From Bryobacteraceae bacterium (GTDB lineage: Bacteria; Acidobacteriota; Terriglobia; Bryobacterales; Bryobacteraceae), in assembly GCA_050008575.1 (NCBI GenBank), contig JBEKMJ010000029.1, positions 16,872 to 80,871 on the forward strand: DNA of 64,000 nucleotides, in the 5' to 3' direction. Made by a program: the position numbers and the translations under genes. Positions 12,030 to 20,847 of this stretch are shown one piece after another. The notes beneath the pieces are model-generated. The model had not been told where the DNA came from, ran no database searches, and saw nothing but the letters and a program-made list of their open reading frames with translations. Within the stretch, counting starts at the first letter, position 1. Each line of letters starts with the position of its first letter.

Positions 12030-12396
12030 CCTCGGCCAGGGCTGGGCGAGCCTTCGCTCGCCTGTGCCGGCAGGGGTGCCGACACGGCACGCTGAGAGCG
12101 TGCGCCACGCTCCAGAGCCGGGTGGACCCGCTGGAAAACGGGCCCCAGATCTCGATATGGTCAATGACTAGGCGGACACGTGATTCACATCGCTTCCGTC
12201 AATGTAGTATCTGGCGATGGCTCCCGCCGAATTAATGCCATTGGAGATTGTCCCTTGGCTGGCGGCCGTGCCCGCGCCCGGAACGTCGAACGCGGTTCTG
12301 TTGGCCTTGTCCGGCTGCTGCACGGGCATTCCCGCGGCGAAGACGAAGCAAAGAACTGGCAGGATGCGTTTCTTCGTGCTTTTCTCCCTGGCTCGG

Positions 12397-12834
12397 CTAC
12401 TGAATCTGATCGATTGTCGCTACCAGGCCCACGTTGTCGTTTGCCGCATCCGTCGAAGTCGCCACAAAGTCGATCGTCGTTCCCTTCTTGAGAGTCAAAC
12501 CGCTCAGATTGAAATCCTGATAATCGCCGAAGAACGTCAAGCTGCTGTCAAACAGGATGGTCGTCCCGTTTTCATAGATCGCTACCGTCACGTTAGGCAG
12601 CGACAGGTCCAATCCCTGGAACTGCCCGAAGATCCGGTACTTGCCAGATTCCGGAGCAGTCCAACGGGCCGCCACGACGTTGGCCTCCGCGGCTAGATAC
12701 AACATGGTGTCCGGTACGATCACCGTCTCATAGTGCTGCGTGTACAGCGTCGTGCTCAACTCAATGGCCACTGAATTCGGATAACTTCCGCCATTCCAAC
12801 AGCAGGGAGCGTCCGTACAGCAGGTCGTGCTCAC
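12397..12834 (-). CDS. Hypothetical protein or gene fragment (Cys-rich N-terminus, beta-rich)
   Basis: GTG-start ORF in a visibly AT-richer stretch with no signal peptide. An in-frame stop lies 11 codons upstream. I recognise no family. Confidence 0.3.
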   Translation of the reverse strand: MSTTCCTDAPCCWNGGSYPNSVAIELSTTLYTQHYETVIVPDTMLYLAAEANVVAARWTAPESGKYRIFGQFQGLDLSLPNVTVAIYENGTTILFDSSLTFFGDYQDFNLSGLTLKKGTTIDFVATSTDAANDNVGLVATIDQIQ

Positions 12835-12945
12835 CGTAAAGGGCGTGAATGCCCCGCGCAGCGATCATCGCGTTGAGTCGCCGGTAGAAATCGCGCGGAA
12901 GAGAGACGGCCGATTCGCTCTCAGCCTGGCGCTCGGGGAATTTGG

Positions 12946-13452
12946 GTGCATCTGGATTTAGCCGATTTGCGCCGGGCCGGCGCCGACGCGGACGAACTGG
13001 ACAAGATCAGGCCGTTTGACCCCGCGGCCCCCTATCTCCGGGCGGAACTGGCGCTGGCGCAGGCCAGATGGGATGCGGCGGAGAGCCAGGCTGGCGAGGC
13101 GACGCGGCGGCTCGGAACAGCGGTGGACCGGCCCTTGGAAGTTGCGATCGCCTTGGTGCGGGCCGCAGGGCTCAACGGCGGCGGCCATCCCCGCGAAGCG
13201 CTACGCGTGTTCGATGAGGTTGCTCCGATGCTCGATCGGTCCCGCCGCGCGCTTCTGCAGATTCGAGCGCGCGTGTGCCATTTGCGGGCGCAGGCCTTGC
13301 TGGGATCGTGTCCGGGCGCCGCGCCGTTCCAGGATTTGCTGGGCGCCGCGAAGAGGCTGGGGATTCCCGCGCTGGGGCGCGACGTGGAGCGGGCAGGGGG
13401 CCTGCTGCGGGTTAAATGCGGCACGGCGGTTTACGCGGTTCGCCGGGACTGA
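12946..13452 (+). CDS. Hypothetical protein, probably the C-terminal remnant of a helical-repeat regulator
   Basis: GTG-start ORF with an Ala/Leu/Arg-rich helical sequence. An in-frame stop lies 21 codons upstream. No recognisable N-terminal domain. Confidence 0.3.
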   Translation: MHLDLADLRRAGADADELDKIRPFDPAAPYLRAELALAQARWDAAESQAGEATRRLGTAVDRPLEVAIALVRAAGLNGGGHPREALRVFDEVAPMLDRSRRALLQIRARVCHLRAQALLGSCPGAAPFQDLLGAAKRLGIPALGRDVERAGGLLRVKCGTAVYAVRRD

Positions 13453-13460
13453 CTCGAACC

Positions 13461-14390
13461 CTAACGAGGCTCCGCCACTTCACCCCCCAGCACGAGCTTC
13501 GTATCGGCGCGGAACTTCTTGTAGTCGCGGTAAGTTACATCCCGCTCGAGATTGAATTCTTTGAGCAGCGCGACGCGCGCATCCAACTTCACCGCCATGT
13601 GTTGCGGCAGCCACACTTCGTCGTTCACCCGTGTTTGCTCCATGACGACGCGCGAGCCTTTGTGCAGGCGCGCCAACACCAGCCCAAAGGAGACCGTGTC
13701 GATGCACTGAATATCGAGCTTCTTCCATTCCGACTCGATCTTGTCGATCCAGGCTCGGAAGCGGAGCTTGGACAAGAATCCGGCTTCTTTCATATGCGGC
13801 CGGTATCCGGGCCTCGGCACGGCGTCGATCACGTAGGTTTCACGCCCGTCGATCGATTCGATGCCGGCCAGACGGAAGTTGTAGGCGTCCGCCACCTCGC
13901 GCACAAACCGGCGATCCTCTTCCCGCTGTTTCTCGGCTTTCTCCTGCCGCTTTTGACGCTCCTTCTCGTCTTCGCCCGCGCGCTTGGCGACTACCCTCTT
14001 GATCTTTTCTTCTTCTTTCGCGGCAGCGTCGCTGGAAAGCGCTTTGTCGTCTTTGGCCACCAAGCGGCGAACCTCCGAGCCGTAAAGCTCCATCACTTCG
14101 TAGGTCGTCGCCTCTGTGGACTTGACGTGGCCCTTGCCATCCAGCGTGTGCGTTTCCGAGCGTTCGGTGTAGGTGTAATCGCGCTGCTTTTTGTCGTTCT
14201 GCAGGTCGGCGTCGGCGACGTGGCGGAACAGGTCGCGGATCTGGTCTTCGGAGAGGGCGGGCGAGCCGCCTTTTGCCGCCGGTTCGGCGCGCTCTTGGGC
14301 ACACAATCCGGCCGAAACCAGGAAGACGGCCAGGATGCCCGGCCCGGTATGCATAACGAAGACCCTCTTGCAGTCAGACGATGGTTTCAT
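13461..14390 (-). CDS. Secreted LolA-like / outer-membrane-lipoprotein-sorting-like protein
   Basis: Signal 'MKPSSDCKRVFVMHTGPGILAVFLVSAGLCAQ'. A charged coiled linker is followed by a C-terminal region ('YNFRLAGIESIDGRETYVIDAVP...WLPQHMAVKLDARV') resembling the LolA-like fold family. Confidence 0.7.
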   Translation of the reverse strand: MKPSSDCKRVFVMHTGPGILAVFLVSAGLCAQERAEPAAKGGSPALSEDQIRDLFRHVADADLQNDKKQRDYTYTERSETHTLDGKGHVKSTEATTYEVMELYGSEVRRLVAKDDKALSSDAAAKEEEKIKRVVAKRAGEDEKERQKRQEKAEKQREEDRRFVREVADAYNFRLAGIESIDGRETYVIDAVPRPGYRPHMKEAGFLSKLRFRAWIDKIESEWKKLDIQCIDTVSFGLVLARLHKGSRVVMEQTRVNDEVWLPQHMAVKLDARVALLKEFNLERDVTYRDYKKFRADTKLVLGGEVAEPR

Positions 14391-14789
14391 CGAAATGTTA
14401 CAACGGACGTTCCGGGCACCACCACAATTACTTCTTTCCTGGGTCGCCAGGTGAAGTGGAAAGCGACACATCGCCGTCGGCGAACGGCTGACCGAACCGG
14501 CGGCATGGCGGGCCCGATGAAATTAGGTCCCGAGGCCGAACCCACGATAGAATTGAACTGTCATGGATGCGAAGAGTCCCAATTCCCGTGCCGCGGAAAA
14601 GGTTAGCGCCATTCTTTCGAGGCAGGGCCGGGGATTGACTACCGGCGAACGGGAAGCGCGCTTGCAGGGCTTTGAGCGAATCGCTAATTCTGTTCGCGCT
14701 TGTGGTTCCAAATCCGGAGGACCTCGCCCGCTCCCCGGGGAGTCCTCGGAGAGGCCGTATTCGCGCATAGCTGCCTTTAGAACGTCGGT

Positions 14790-15045
14790 GGTTCCGTAAT
14801 CCACGGCGAACCCCTTCGATATCGTCAGCCAATCCGCGCCCCTCGATCCCGCGTCTATCGTGCAGCCAACCACGCCGCGGGCGCCGGCAGAGTAGCGCCT
14901 TTGTTGGCGCGCCTGTGCGCCTTCGCCGTATCCCAGCGCGATGGGCAGCGTGTCGAACAGCGCGGCCACCGTGGTCATCATGACGGGTCGGAGGCGCAGC
15001 ATGCAGCATGCAGCCCGAGTAGATGGCTCCGAACGGCGGCTTGCC
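14790..15045 (-). pseudogene. Decayed 3'-terminal fragment of an RND permease gene (displaced gene end)
   Basis: Translation 'MLRLRPVMMTTVAALFDTLPIALGYGEGAQARQ' matches 'MLRFRPIMMTTVAALFGTLPIALGYGEGAEARQ' of the intact pump at 16532-19630. A 7-nt duplication at 15001-15014 and downstream indels break the frame. The lower boundary is approximate. Confidence 0.75.
14904..15045. repeat. Direct-repeat copy 1 of the RND 3' region (partner at 16694-16828)
   Basis: Hand alignment gives about 124 of 135 aligned nt identical, plus one 7-nt insertion. Confidence 0.85.
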
Positions 15046-15068
15046 TGCGGGCCGGCCTCCCCTGCAAG

Positions 15069-15097
15069 TTGACTAAAACTTGAGCTATAGGTAAAAT
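15069..15097 (+). promoter_or_regulatory. Near-consensus sigma70-type promoter (TTGACT-N17-TAAAAT) for the three-gene cassette
   Basis: TTGACT at 15069-15074 and TAAAAT at 15092-15097. The inverted repeat CAAGTT/AACTTG (15065-15070 and 15077-15082) straddles the -35. Confidence 0.5.
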
Positions 15098-15123
15098 TCT
15101 AATGGTGGGTTGCGGCGACGCGA

Positions 15124-15576
15124 ATGCCATATTCGGTAGCCACGATCAGCGGTGTTCCACGCACCCGTCGTGGCATTGGATTTCTTGAGTCCGCGGACAA
15201 TGGCCGGGTTAACGCCAAGCGATATTTCGACAAGCTCAAGGAGAAGACCGCGCGAGACGTGCGCGGCAGGTTCGACTACTGGTTGGCGGGAGGCCTATTC
15301 GACAAGTACTTTCACGGCTGGCCGAACGACAGGGAACATAAACATTGCTTCGTATTCAAGTGGAAGCAAGCGGGAACCCATCATCGTTTCTACGGTTTCT
15401 TGTGTAACCCTATGGAGTCGAAAGATCCGCCTTTCCAGGTCTGTATCCTCGTATCCCACGCACAAAAGAACACGGAAGAGACGGACCCTTCAGAGTTGAA
15501 TACAGTGAACGAGTTGAGAATTAAGAAAGAAGTCGTGAAGGCCGTGATGGCGGCATTTCCGGACATTGACGAATAG
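15124..15576 (+). CDS. Gp49/HigB-like (RelE/ParE superfamily) putative toxin, enlarged variant
   Basis: 'HRFYGFLCNP...FQVCILVSHAQKNTEETDPSELNTVNELR' fits the Gp49-like core pattern (R-x-aromatic, hydrophobic strand, K-x-x-x-x-T/P, E-hydrophobic-x-x-hydrophobic). An XRE antitoxin-like gene lies immediately downstream. AT-richer than the flanks. Confidence 0.65.
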   Translation: MPYSVATISGVPRTRRGIGFLESADNGRVNAKRYFDKLKEKTARDVRGRFDYWLAGGLFDKYFHGWPNDREHKHCFVFKWKQAGTHHRFYGFLCNPMESKDPPFQVCILVSHAQKNTEETDPSELNTVNELRIKKEVVKAVMAAFPDIDE

Positions 15577-15585
15577 GAGAACCGT

Positions 15586-16098
15586 ATGCCTAACGAATTG
15601 CATTGGACCGAAGTGGAGCCCAAGGCCTTTGCGCACAGCATGGCTTTCGGTTTCATCGCCCAGATTGAAAAAAGATTAGAGGATCTGGGTCTCAGCCAAT
15701 CCGAATTGGCGCGTAGGCTAGCCGTCTCGGAGGGCGCCGTGTCCAAGGTCCTGAACAATCCTCAGAATCTTACGCTGGAAACAATTGCCAAGTATACGCG
15801 CGCGCTTCAGACAAAAGCGGCAATCGTCGCGTACGACGATAATGATCGGACGAACAGGAACGGGCCAGTGTTGCCGGAGATCTTCAATATTTGTTGGGAG
15901 CGCGCCGGAAAGCCCCGCGACATGTGGTCTCTGGAGGCGGTTCCAAGGAGACCCTCGCGCGCTATGCGAAGCCGAGCGTATCGGAAATTGAGGCACGCGA
16001 CGAGACAGTGGCGGGGATCCCATGAATTCGGCGCACACCCTGGTTCGCAGAGCTCGGGTATTGGGGCGATGGGTCGCGCAACCTGGTCGCAGAAATAA
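15586..16098 (+). CDS. XRE-family helix-turn-helix protein (putative antitoxin/regulator)
   Basis: 'LGLSQSELARRLAVSEGAVSKVLNNPQNLTLETIAKYTRAL' is a classic HTH_XRE segment. AGGAG lies 6 nt upstream of the ATG. The basic C-terminal ~70 aa look unusual, so a frameshift is possible. Confidence 0.75.
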   Translation: MPNELHWTEVEPKAFAHSMAFGFIAQIEKRLEDLGLSQSELARRLAVSEGAVSKVLNNPQNLTLETIAKYTRALQTKAAIVAYDDNDRTNRNGPVLPEIFNICWERAGKPRDMWSLEAVPRRPSRAMRSRAYRKLRHATRQWRGSHEFGAHPGSQSSGIGAMGRATWSQK

Positions 16099-16110
16099 AG
16101 GAGCACTGAA

Positions 16111-16467
16111 GTGTCTAGAAAAGCACGAGACACAGCGGAAGCTGCGTCGCCGATTAATCTTAAGGAGATCGCGATCGAAGAACCTGAAGACGGGGTGTTC
16201 GACGCGTATTCAAATGTCGTCCAACTGAATTGGACCTCCAATGATGTCACACTTCGCTTCGGACAGCTCATTCAAGTTCCAAACCCCGAATCGCCGAAGT
16301 GGGGGGATCAATACGGAACACTTCTGGAGCGAGCCGCCGTCACTCTGCCTTGGCACCAGGCCAAGGTTCTCCGGGACATGCTGGACGGCATTATCCGGAA
16401 CTATGAGCAGATCAACGGCGAGCTTAAGCCGCTAAAGTTGCCAGCCCCTCCCGCTCCCATCGCGTAA
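16111..16467 (+). CDS. DUF3467-like protein (function unknown)
   Basis: 'DAYSNVVQLNWTSNDVTLRFGQ' and 'RAAVTLPWHQAKVLRDMLDGIIRNYEQINGEL' match my recollection of the DUF3467 pattern (YsN..h.hs..EF.hDF ... P.hAK.L...L...I..YE..fG.I). AAAGGAG lies 7 nt before the GTG start. Confidence 0.7.
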   Translation: MSRKARDTAEAASPINLKEIAIEEPEDGVFDAYSNVVQLNWTSNDVTLRFGQLIQVPNPESPKWGDQYGTLLERAAVTLPWHQAKVLRDMLDGIIRNYEQINGELKPLKLPAPPAPIA

Positions 16468-16531
16468 CACGATCCGGTCGATCATCCGATTGGATTGTAC
16501 GCGCAGGTTTCGCGCCACTCGCCAACTTGAC

Positions 16532-19500
16532 CTATCCGGCAGCTAACTCGCGAGGCCGTGCCGGCGACTCAGCGCCCTTACTGCCCCTCAGCCAGGTCTG
16601 GACCCTCTCCATGTACAGATAGATCACCGGCGTAATATACAGCGTCAGTAACTGCGACACCAGCAGCCCGCCGACCACGGCCAGGCCCAGCGGCTGGCGC
16701 GCCTCCGCGCCTTCGCCGTAGCCCAGCGCGATGGGCAGCGTGCCGAACAGCGCCGCCACGGTGGTCATCATGATGGGGCGGAAGCGCAGCATGCAGCCCG
16801 AGTAGATGGCTTCGAACGGCGGCTTGCCCTCCACGCGCTGCTGTTCCAGCGCGAAGTCGATCATCATGATGGCGTTCTTCTTCACCACGCCGAACAACAT
16901 GATCAGGCCGACGAAAGCGTAGAGGTCCAGCTCCTTGTGAAACAGGCGCAGCGTGAGCAGCGCGCCGAACACCGCCGAGGGCAGCCCCGAAAGAATCGTG
17001 ACGGGATGGATGAAGCTCTCGTACAGAATGCCCAACACGATGTAGATCACCAGAATGGCCACGATCAACAGGATGGACAGCCCCTGGAACGACTGCTGGA
17101 ATTCCTTCACGGTGCCTTGGAAGTTGACGCTGATAGTGGGCGGCACGCGCAGCGATTGTACGGTGTCTTTCACCTGCTGGGCGGCATTGCCGAGCGAGAA
17201 ACCGGGCGCCAGGTTGAACGATATAGTCACGGCCGGCAATTGTCCGAAGTGGTTGACGGTCAGGGGACCGACGCCGCGCGATAGCTTCACCACGGAATCG
17301 AGGGGCACCAGCGGTCCCTGCGTGGAGCGCAGATAGATTTTGGAAAGGCCTTCCGGCGTGCGTTGATAGCGCGGCTCCACCTGCATGATGACGGCGTACT
17401 GATTGGCCGGCGAATAAATCGTGGAGACTTGCCGGTCGCCATACGCGGCATAGAGGGCATCCTCAATCTGCTGCGGGGAGAGGCCCAGCGCCACGGCGCG
17501 ATCCCGGTCGATGTCCACGTTCACCTGCGGGCTGGCGATCTGCAGGTCGGAATTCACGTCCAGAAAGCCCGGCAGCGCGCGCATCTTGTCGACCACCGGA
17601 TCGACCCAAGCGTAAATCTCCTTCAAATTCGGGCTCTGCATGGTCATCTGATACGCGCTGGTCGAGAATTGTCCGCTCACCGTGATGGGCGGCGGATTCT
17701 GGAGGAACACCATGATGCCGGGAACGGCGCCCACCTGGGGCCGCACCCTGGCCAGGATCTGGTCGGCGGTAAACTTCCGTTGGGAGCGCGGCTTCAGTGT
17801 GGCGAACATGCCCACCTGGTTGCCGCCCATCATGAAGGCGCCGGTGTTCTCCACATCCGGATCGCGCTGTACGATATCCGCGACGGCGCGCAGGTGCTTG
17901 GCCATCGATTCAAAAGAAATATCCTGGCCCGAAAGAGCGAACCCGAAGAAAAACCCGCTGTCCTGGCTGGGGATGAACCCGGTGGGCATGCCGAAGAACA
18001 TATAAACGGTTCCGCCCAGCAGCAGGAGGCCGGCCATCAGCGTGGCGAATTGATGGCGCAACACGCCTTTCAGGGTGTAATCGTAGCCCGACGCCAAAGC
18101 CTGGAACCCGGACTCAAACGCGCCGTACATGCGGCCGTGGCGGCCGGTATGGCTATATCGCAGGAAACGGCTGCCCAGCATGGGCGTGAGACTCAGAGAC
18201 ACGAAACCGGAAATCAGAATGGCGATGGCGATGGTGACGGCGAACTCGTGCAGCAGCCGTCCCACGATGCCGCCCATGAAGAGGATGGGAATGAAGACGG
18301 CCACCAGCGAGACGGTCATGGAAATAATGGTGAAACCGATTTCCTTGGACGCCAGCAGCGCGGCTTCCATGCGCCCTTTACCCATCTCCATGTAGCGGAC
18401 GATATTTTCGAGCATCACGATCGCATCGTCGACCACGAACCCCACCGACAGGGTCAGCGCCATCAGGGAGAGATAATTCAGGCTGTAGCCGAGCAGATAC
18501 ATGGCGGCGAACGTACCGACGATGGAGAGGGGCACGGCCACACCCGGAATCAGGGTGGCGCTCAGGTTGCGCAGGAAAATGAAGATGACCATCACCACCA
18601 GGCAGACGGTGAGCATGAGCGTGTATTCCACGTCGTCGATCGAACCGCGGATGGATTCCGCCGCATCGCCGCCGATTTCGAGCTTGATGGCGGGCGGCAG
18701 TTCGCTTCGAAACTGCGGCAACAACGCTTTGACGCTGTTCACCACTTCCACCGTGTTGGTGCCGGGTTGGCGCTGCACGGCGAGCATGGTGCTTTTCTTG
18801 CCGTTGAACCAGGCACCGGTCTTGTCGTTCTCGAAGCCGTCGATGACGGTACCGAGCTGCTCCAGCCGTATGGGCACACCGTTCTTATAAGCGACGATGA
18901 TAGGCCGGTAAGCGGCGGCGCGGGTCAACTCGCCGCTCGATTGCACGGTGAAAGCCTGCTTCTCGCCGTACAATTTGCCGGTGGGCAGGTTCACGTTGCT
19001 GCGCTGGATGGCCTGCATCACTTCGTCGAAACCGACGCCGCGCGCGGCCAGTTCGTCGGGATTCAATTGCACCCGCACGGCAAACTTCTGGCCGCCGAAC
19101 ACCTGCACACGCGAAACGCCGGAGACCATGGACATGCGCTCGGCCAGCAGCGTTTCCGCGTACTCGTCCACGGTGTAGGCCGGCAGGGTATCGGAACTCA
19201 GGGAGAGGAACAGCACCGGTTGTTCGGCCGGATTGGCTTTTTCGTAGGAAGGCGGATGCGGCATGTTGGCCGGCAGCACGCCCTCGGCCTTGGCAATGGC
19301 GGACTGGATATCCTGCGCGGCCGCGTCGATATTGCGCGCGAGGGTGAATTGCACGTTGATCTGTGTAGTTCCCTGGGAGTTCGTGGAACTCATGTTTTGC
19401 ACGCCGGCGATGGTGGAAAACTCGCGCTCGAGCGGCGTGGCCACCGCCGCGGCCATGGTCTCCGGGTTGGCGCCCGGAAGCGAAGCGTTGACCTGAATGG

Positions 19501-19630
19501 TCGGATAATCGACGGTCGGCAAAGCGGCCACCGGCAGCGACCGGAAGGCCACGGTGCCGAACAGCAGAATCGCGAACATGACCAGCGCGGTCATGACGGG
19601 ACGCTCGATGAAGATGCGGGAGATATGCAT
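16532..19630 (-). CDS. RND efflux permease (AcrB/MdtB-like, HAE1 type)
   Basis: 1032 aa. 'MHISRIFIERPVMTALVMFAILLFG' is a typical AcrB N-terminus. It shows the 12-TM architecture with two large periplasmic loops. Confidence 0.95.
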   Translation of the reverse strand: MHISRIFIERPVMTALVMFAILLFGTVAFRSLPVAALPTVDYPTIQVNASLPGANPETMAAAVATPLEREFSTIAGVQNMSSTNSQGTTQINVQFTLARNIDAAAQDIQSAIAKAEGVLPANMPHPPSYEKANPAEQPVLFLSLSSDTLPAYTVDEYAETLLAERMSMVSGVSRVQVFGGQKFAVRVQLNPDELAARGVGFDEVMQAIQRSNVNLPTGKLYGEKQAFTVQSSGELTRAAAYRPIIVAYKNGVPIRLEQLGTVIDGFENDKTGAWFNGKKSTMLAVQRQPGTNTVEVVNSVKALLPQFRSELPPAIKLEIGGDAAESIRGSIDDVEYTLMLTVCLVVMVIFIFLRNLSATLIPGVAVPLSIVGTFAAMYLLGYSLNYLSLMALTLSVGFVVDDAIVMLENIVRYMEMGKGRMEAALLASKEIGFTIISMTVSLVAVFIPILFMGGIVGRLLHEFAVTIAIAILISGFVSLSLTPMLGSRFLRYSHTGRHGRMYGAFESGFQALASGYDYTLKGVLRHQFATLMAGLLLLGGTVYMFFGMPTGFIPSQDSGFFFGFALSGQDISFESMAKHLRAVADIVQRDPDVENTGAFMMGGNQVGMFATLKPRSQRKFTADQILARVRPQVGAVPGIMVFLQNPPPITVSGQFSTSAYQMTMQSPNLKEIYAWVDPVVDKMRALPGFLDVNSDLQIASPQVNVDIDRDRAVALGLSPQQIEDALYAAYGDRQVSTIYSPANQYAVIMQVEPRYQRTPEGLSKIYLRSTQGPLVPLDSVVKLSRGVGPLTVNHFGQLPAVTISFNLAPGFSLGNAAQQVKDTVQSLRVPPTISVNFQGTVKEFQQSFQGLSILLIVAILVIYIVLGILYESFIHPVTILSGLPSAVFGALLTLRLFHKELDLYAFVGLIMLFGVVKKNAIMMIDFALEQQRVEGKPPFEAIYSGCMLRFRPIMMTTVAALFGTLPIALGYGEGAEARQPLGLAVVGGLLVSQLLTLYITPVIYLYMERVQTWLRGSKGAESPARPRELAAG
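16694..16828. repeat. Direct-repeat copy 2 (inside the intact RND gene; partner at 14904-15045)
   Basis: See the hand alignment described for copy 1. Confidence 0.85.
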
Positions 19631-19644
19631 GGTTAGAGCGCCAT

Positions 19645-20847
19645 CTAGAGAGTCAGGTTATCGACCTTGGCGGCCGCCACGGGCTGAACCTTCGCGCCAG
19701 GGTACAAGCGCAACTGGCCGTCGGTGACTACTGTTTCGCCGGGTACGACGCCTTTGGCGATGACCGCTTTGCGGCCGATCGTACGAGCCACTGTAACGGG
19801 CCGCGGCTCGACCGTCTGGTCCGATTTCACTACGAAGACGAACTGGCCGCGCTGGCCGTCCTGCACCGCTTCGGACGGCACTACGGTGGCGTTGCTCTGG
19901 GTATCGAGAGTGAGCAGCACGTTGACGAACTGGCCCGGCCATAGCATGCGATCGGTGTTGTCGAAGACGGCTTTCAGCCGGATGGTGCCGGTGTTGGTGT
20001 CCACCGTATTGTCGATGACCTTCAGCCGGCCGCGCGCCATGCGGTTAGGATCGGCGTCGGTGGAGGCCTGCACGGCGAGGCTGGCCAGCGCGCGCTGCCG
20101 GACGGCGCCGAGCTGCTCCTCCGGCACGCCGAACGACACGAAGATGGGGGCAATCGCGTTGATGACCACCAGAGCCACGTCGTTCACCTTGATCAGATTG
20201 CCGGGATGCACCAGCAGATTGCCGGCGCGGCCGCTGACCGGCGAACGGATTTCGCAGTAGCCGAGGTCCAGTTTGGCGCGCGCCACGGCGGCCTGATCGC
20301 TTTCGAGCGATGCGCGGGCGCTCTCGATGGCGGCTTGATCGGCGTGGACGGACTCGTGCGCGGCATCGGCGGCGGCGCGCGTCTGGGTGGCTTGCATAGC
20401 GGGCGCGACGCCTTCCTTGGCGAGTTGTTCATAACGATAGGCGTCGGCTTCGGCGCTTTTGGCTTGCGCGGTATCGCGCGCCAGGTTGGCTTGAGCCTGG
20501 GTTAGTTGCGCGCGATCCTTATTCACCGCGGATTCGGCTTGCGCCAGCGCCTCCCGATATGGACGCGGATCGATCTCGAACAGCAGATCGTCTTTATGGA
20601 CGTCGGTGCCTTCGGTGAATTGCACGCTGAGTAGTTCGCCGGCCACTTGCGATTTGATCTGGACGGTTGAGGAAGGCTCGACCGTGCCAATGGCGCGCAC
20701 TTCAAGCGGCATGGCTTCTTCGGCCGCGACCGCTACGCTTACGGGGACGGGTGGCATTCCACCGGTGGCCTGCGCCTGCTGCTTGCCACAGCCGGAGGAC
20801 GTGAGCGCCAGGAACATCGCGAAGGCAGGCAGAATCCCCTGTCCCAC
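19645..20847 (-). CDS. RND membrane-fusion (periplasmic adaptor) lipoprotein, AcrA/MdtA-like
   Basis: Lipobox 'LALTSSGC', then 'VSVAVAAEEAMPLEVRAIGTVEPSSTVQIKSQVAGEL' and a coiled-coil hairpin. It lies 14 nt upstream of the permease. The start is ambiguous (GTG at 20847 or ATG at 20817); the 512-aa ORF start is rejected. Confidence 0.9.
   Translation of the reverse strand: MGQGILPAFAMFLALTSSGCGKQQAQATGGMPPVPVSVAVAAEEAMPLEVRAIGTVEPSSTVQIKSQVAGELLSVQFTEGTDVHKDDLLFEIDPRPYREALAQAESAVNKDRAQLTQAQANLARDTAQAKSAEADAYRYEQLAKEGVAPAMQATQTRAAADAAHESVHADQAAIESARASLESDQAAVARAKLDLGYCEIRSPVSGRAGNLLVHPGNLIKVNDVALVVINAIAPIFVSFGVPEEQLGAVRQRALASLAVQASTDADPNRMARGRLKVIDNTVDTNTGTIRLKAVFDNTDRMLWPGQFVNVLLTLDTQSNATVVPSEAVQDGQRGQFVFVVKSDQTVEPRPVTVARTIGRKAVIAKGVVPGETVVTDGQLRLYPGAKVQPVAAAKVDNLTL

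Noticed and set aside
14428-15009. 193-aa and 159-aa minus-strand ORFs treated as real genes
   Set aside because: Only the first ~33 residues of the 159-aa frame are meaningful, as the RND C-terminal homology. The rest is frameshifted remnant, so this is annotated as a pseudogene fragment.
17363-19636. 757-aa ORF on the plus strand
   Set aside because: It is exactly antisense to the well-supported RND permease. Its composition is H/G/R/D-rich and low-complexity, with no motifs. It is a typical high-GC shadow ORF.
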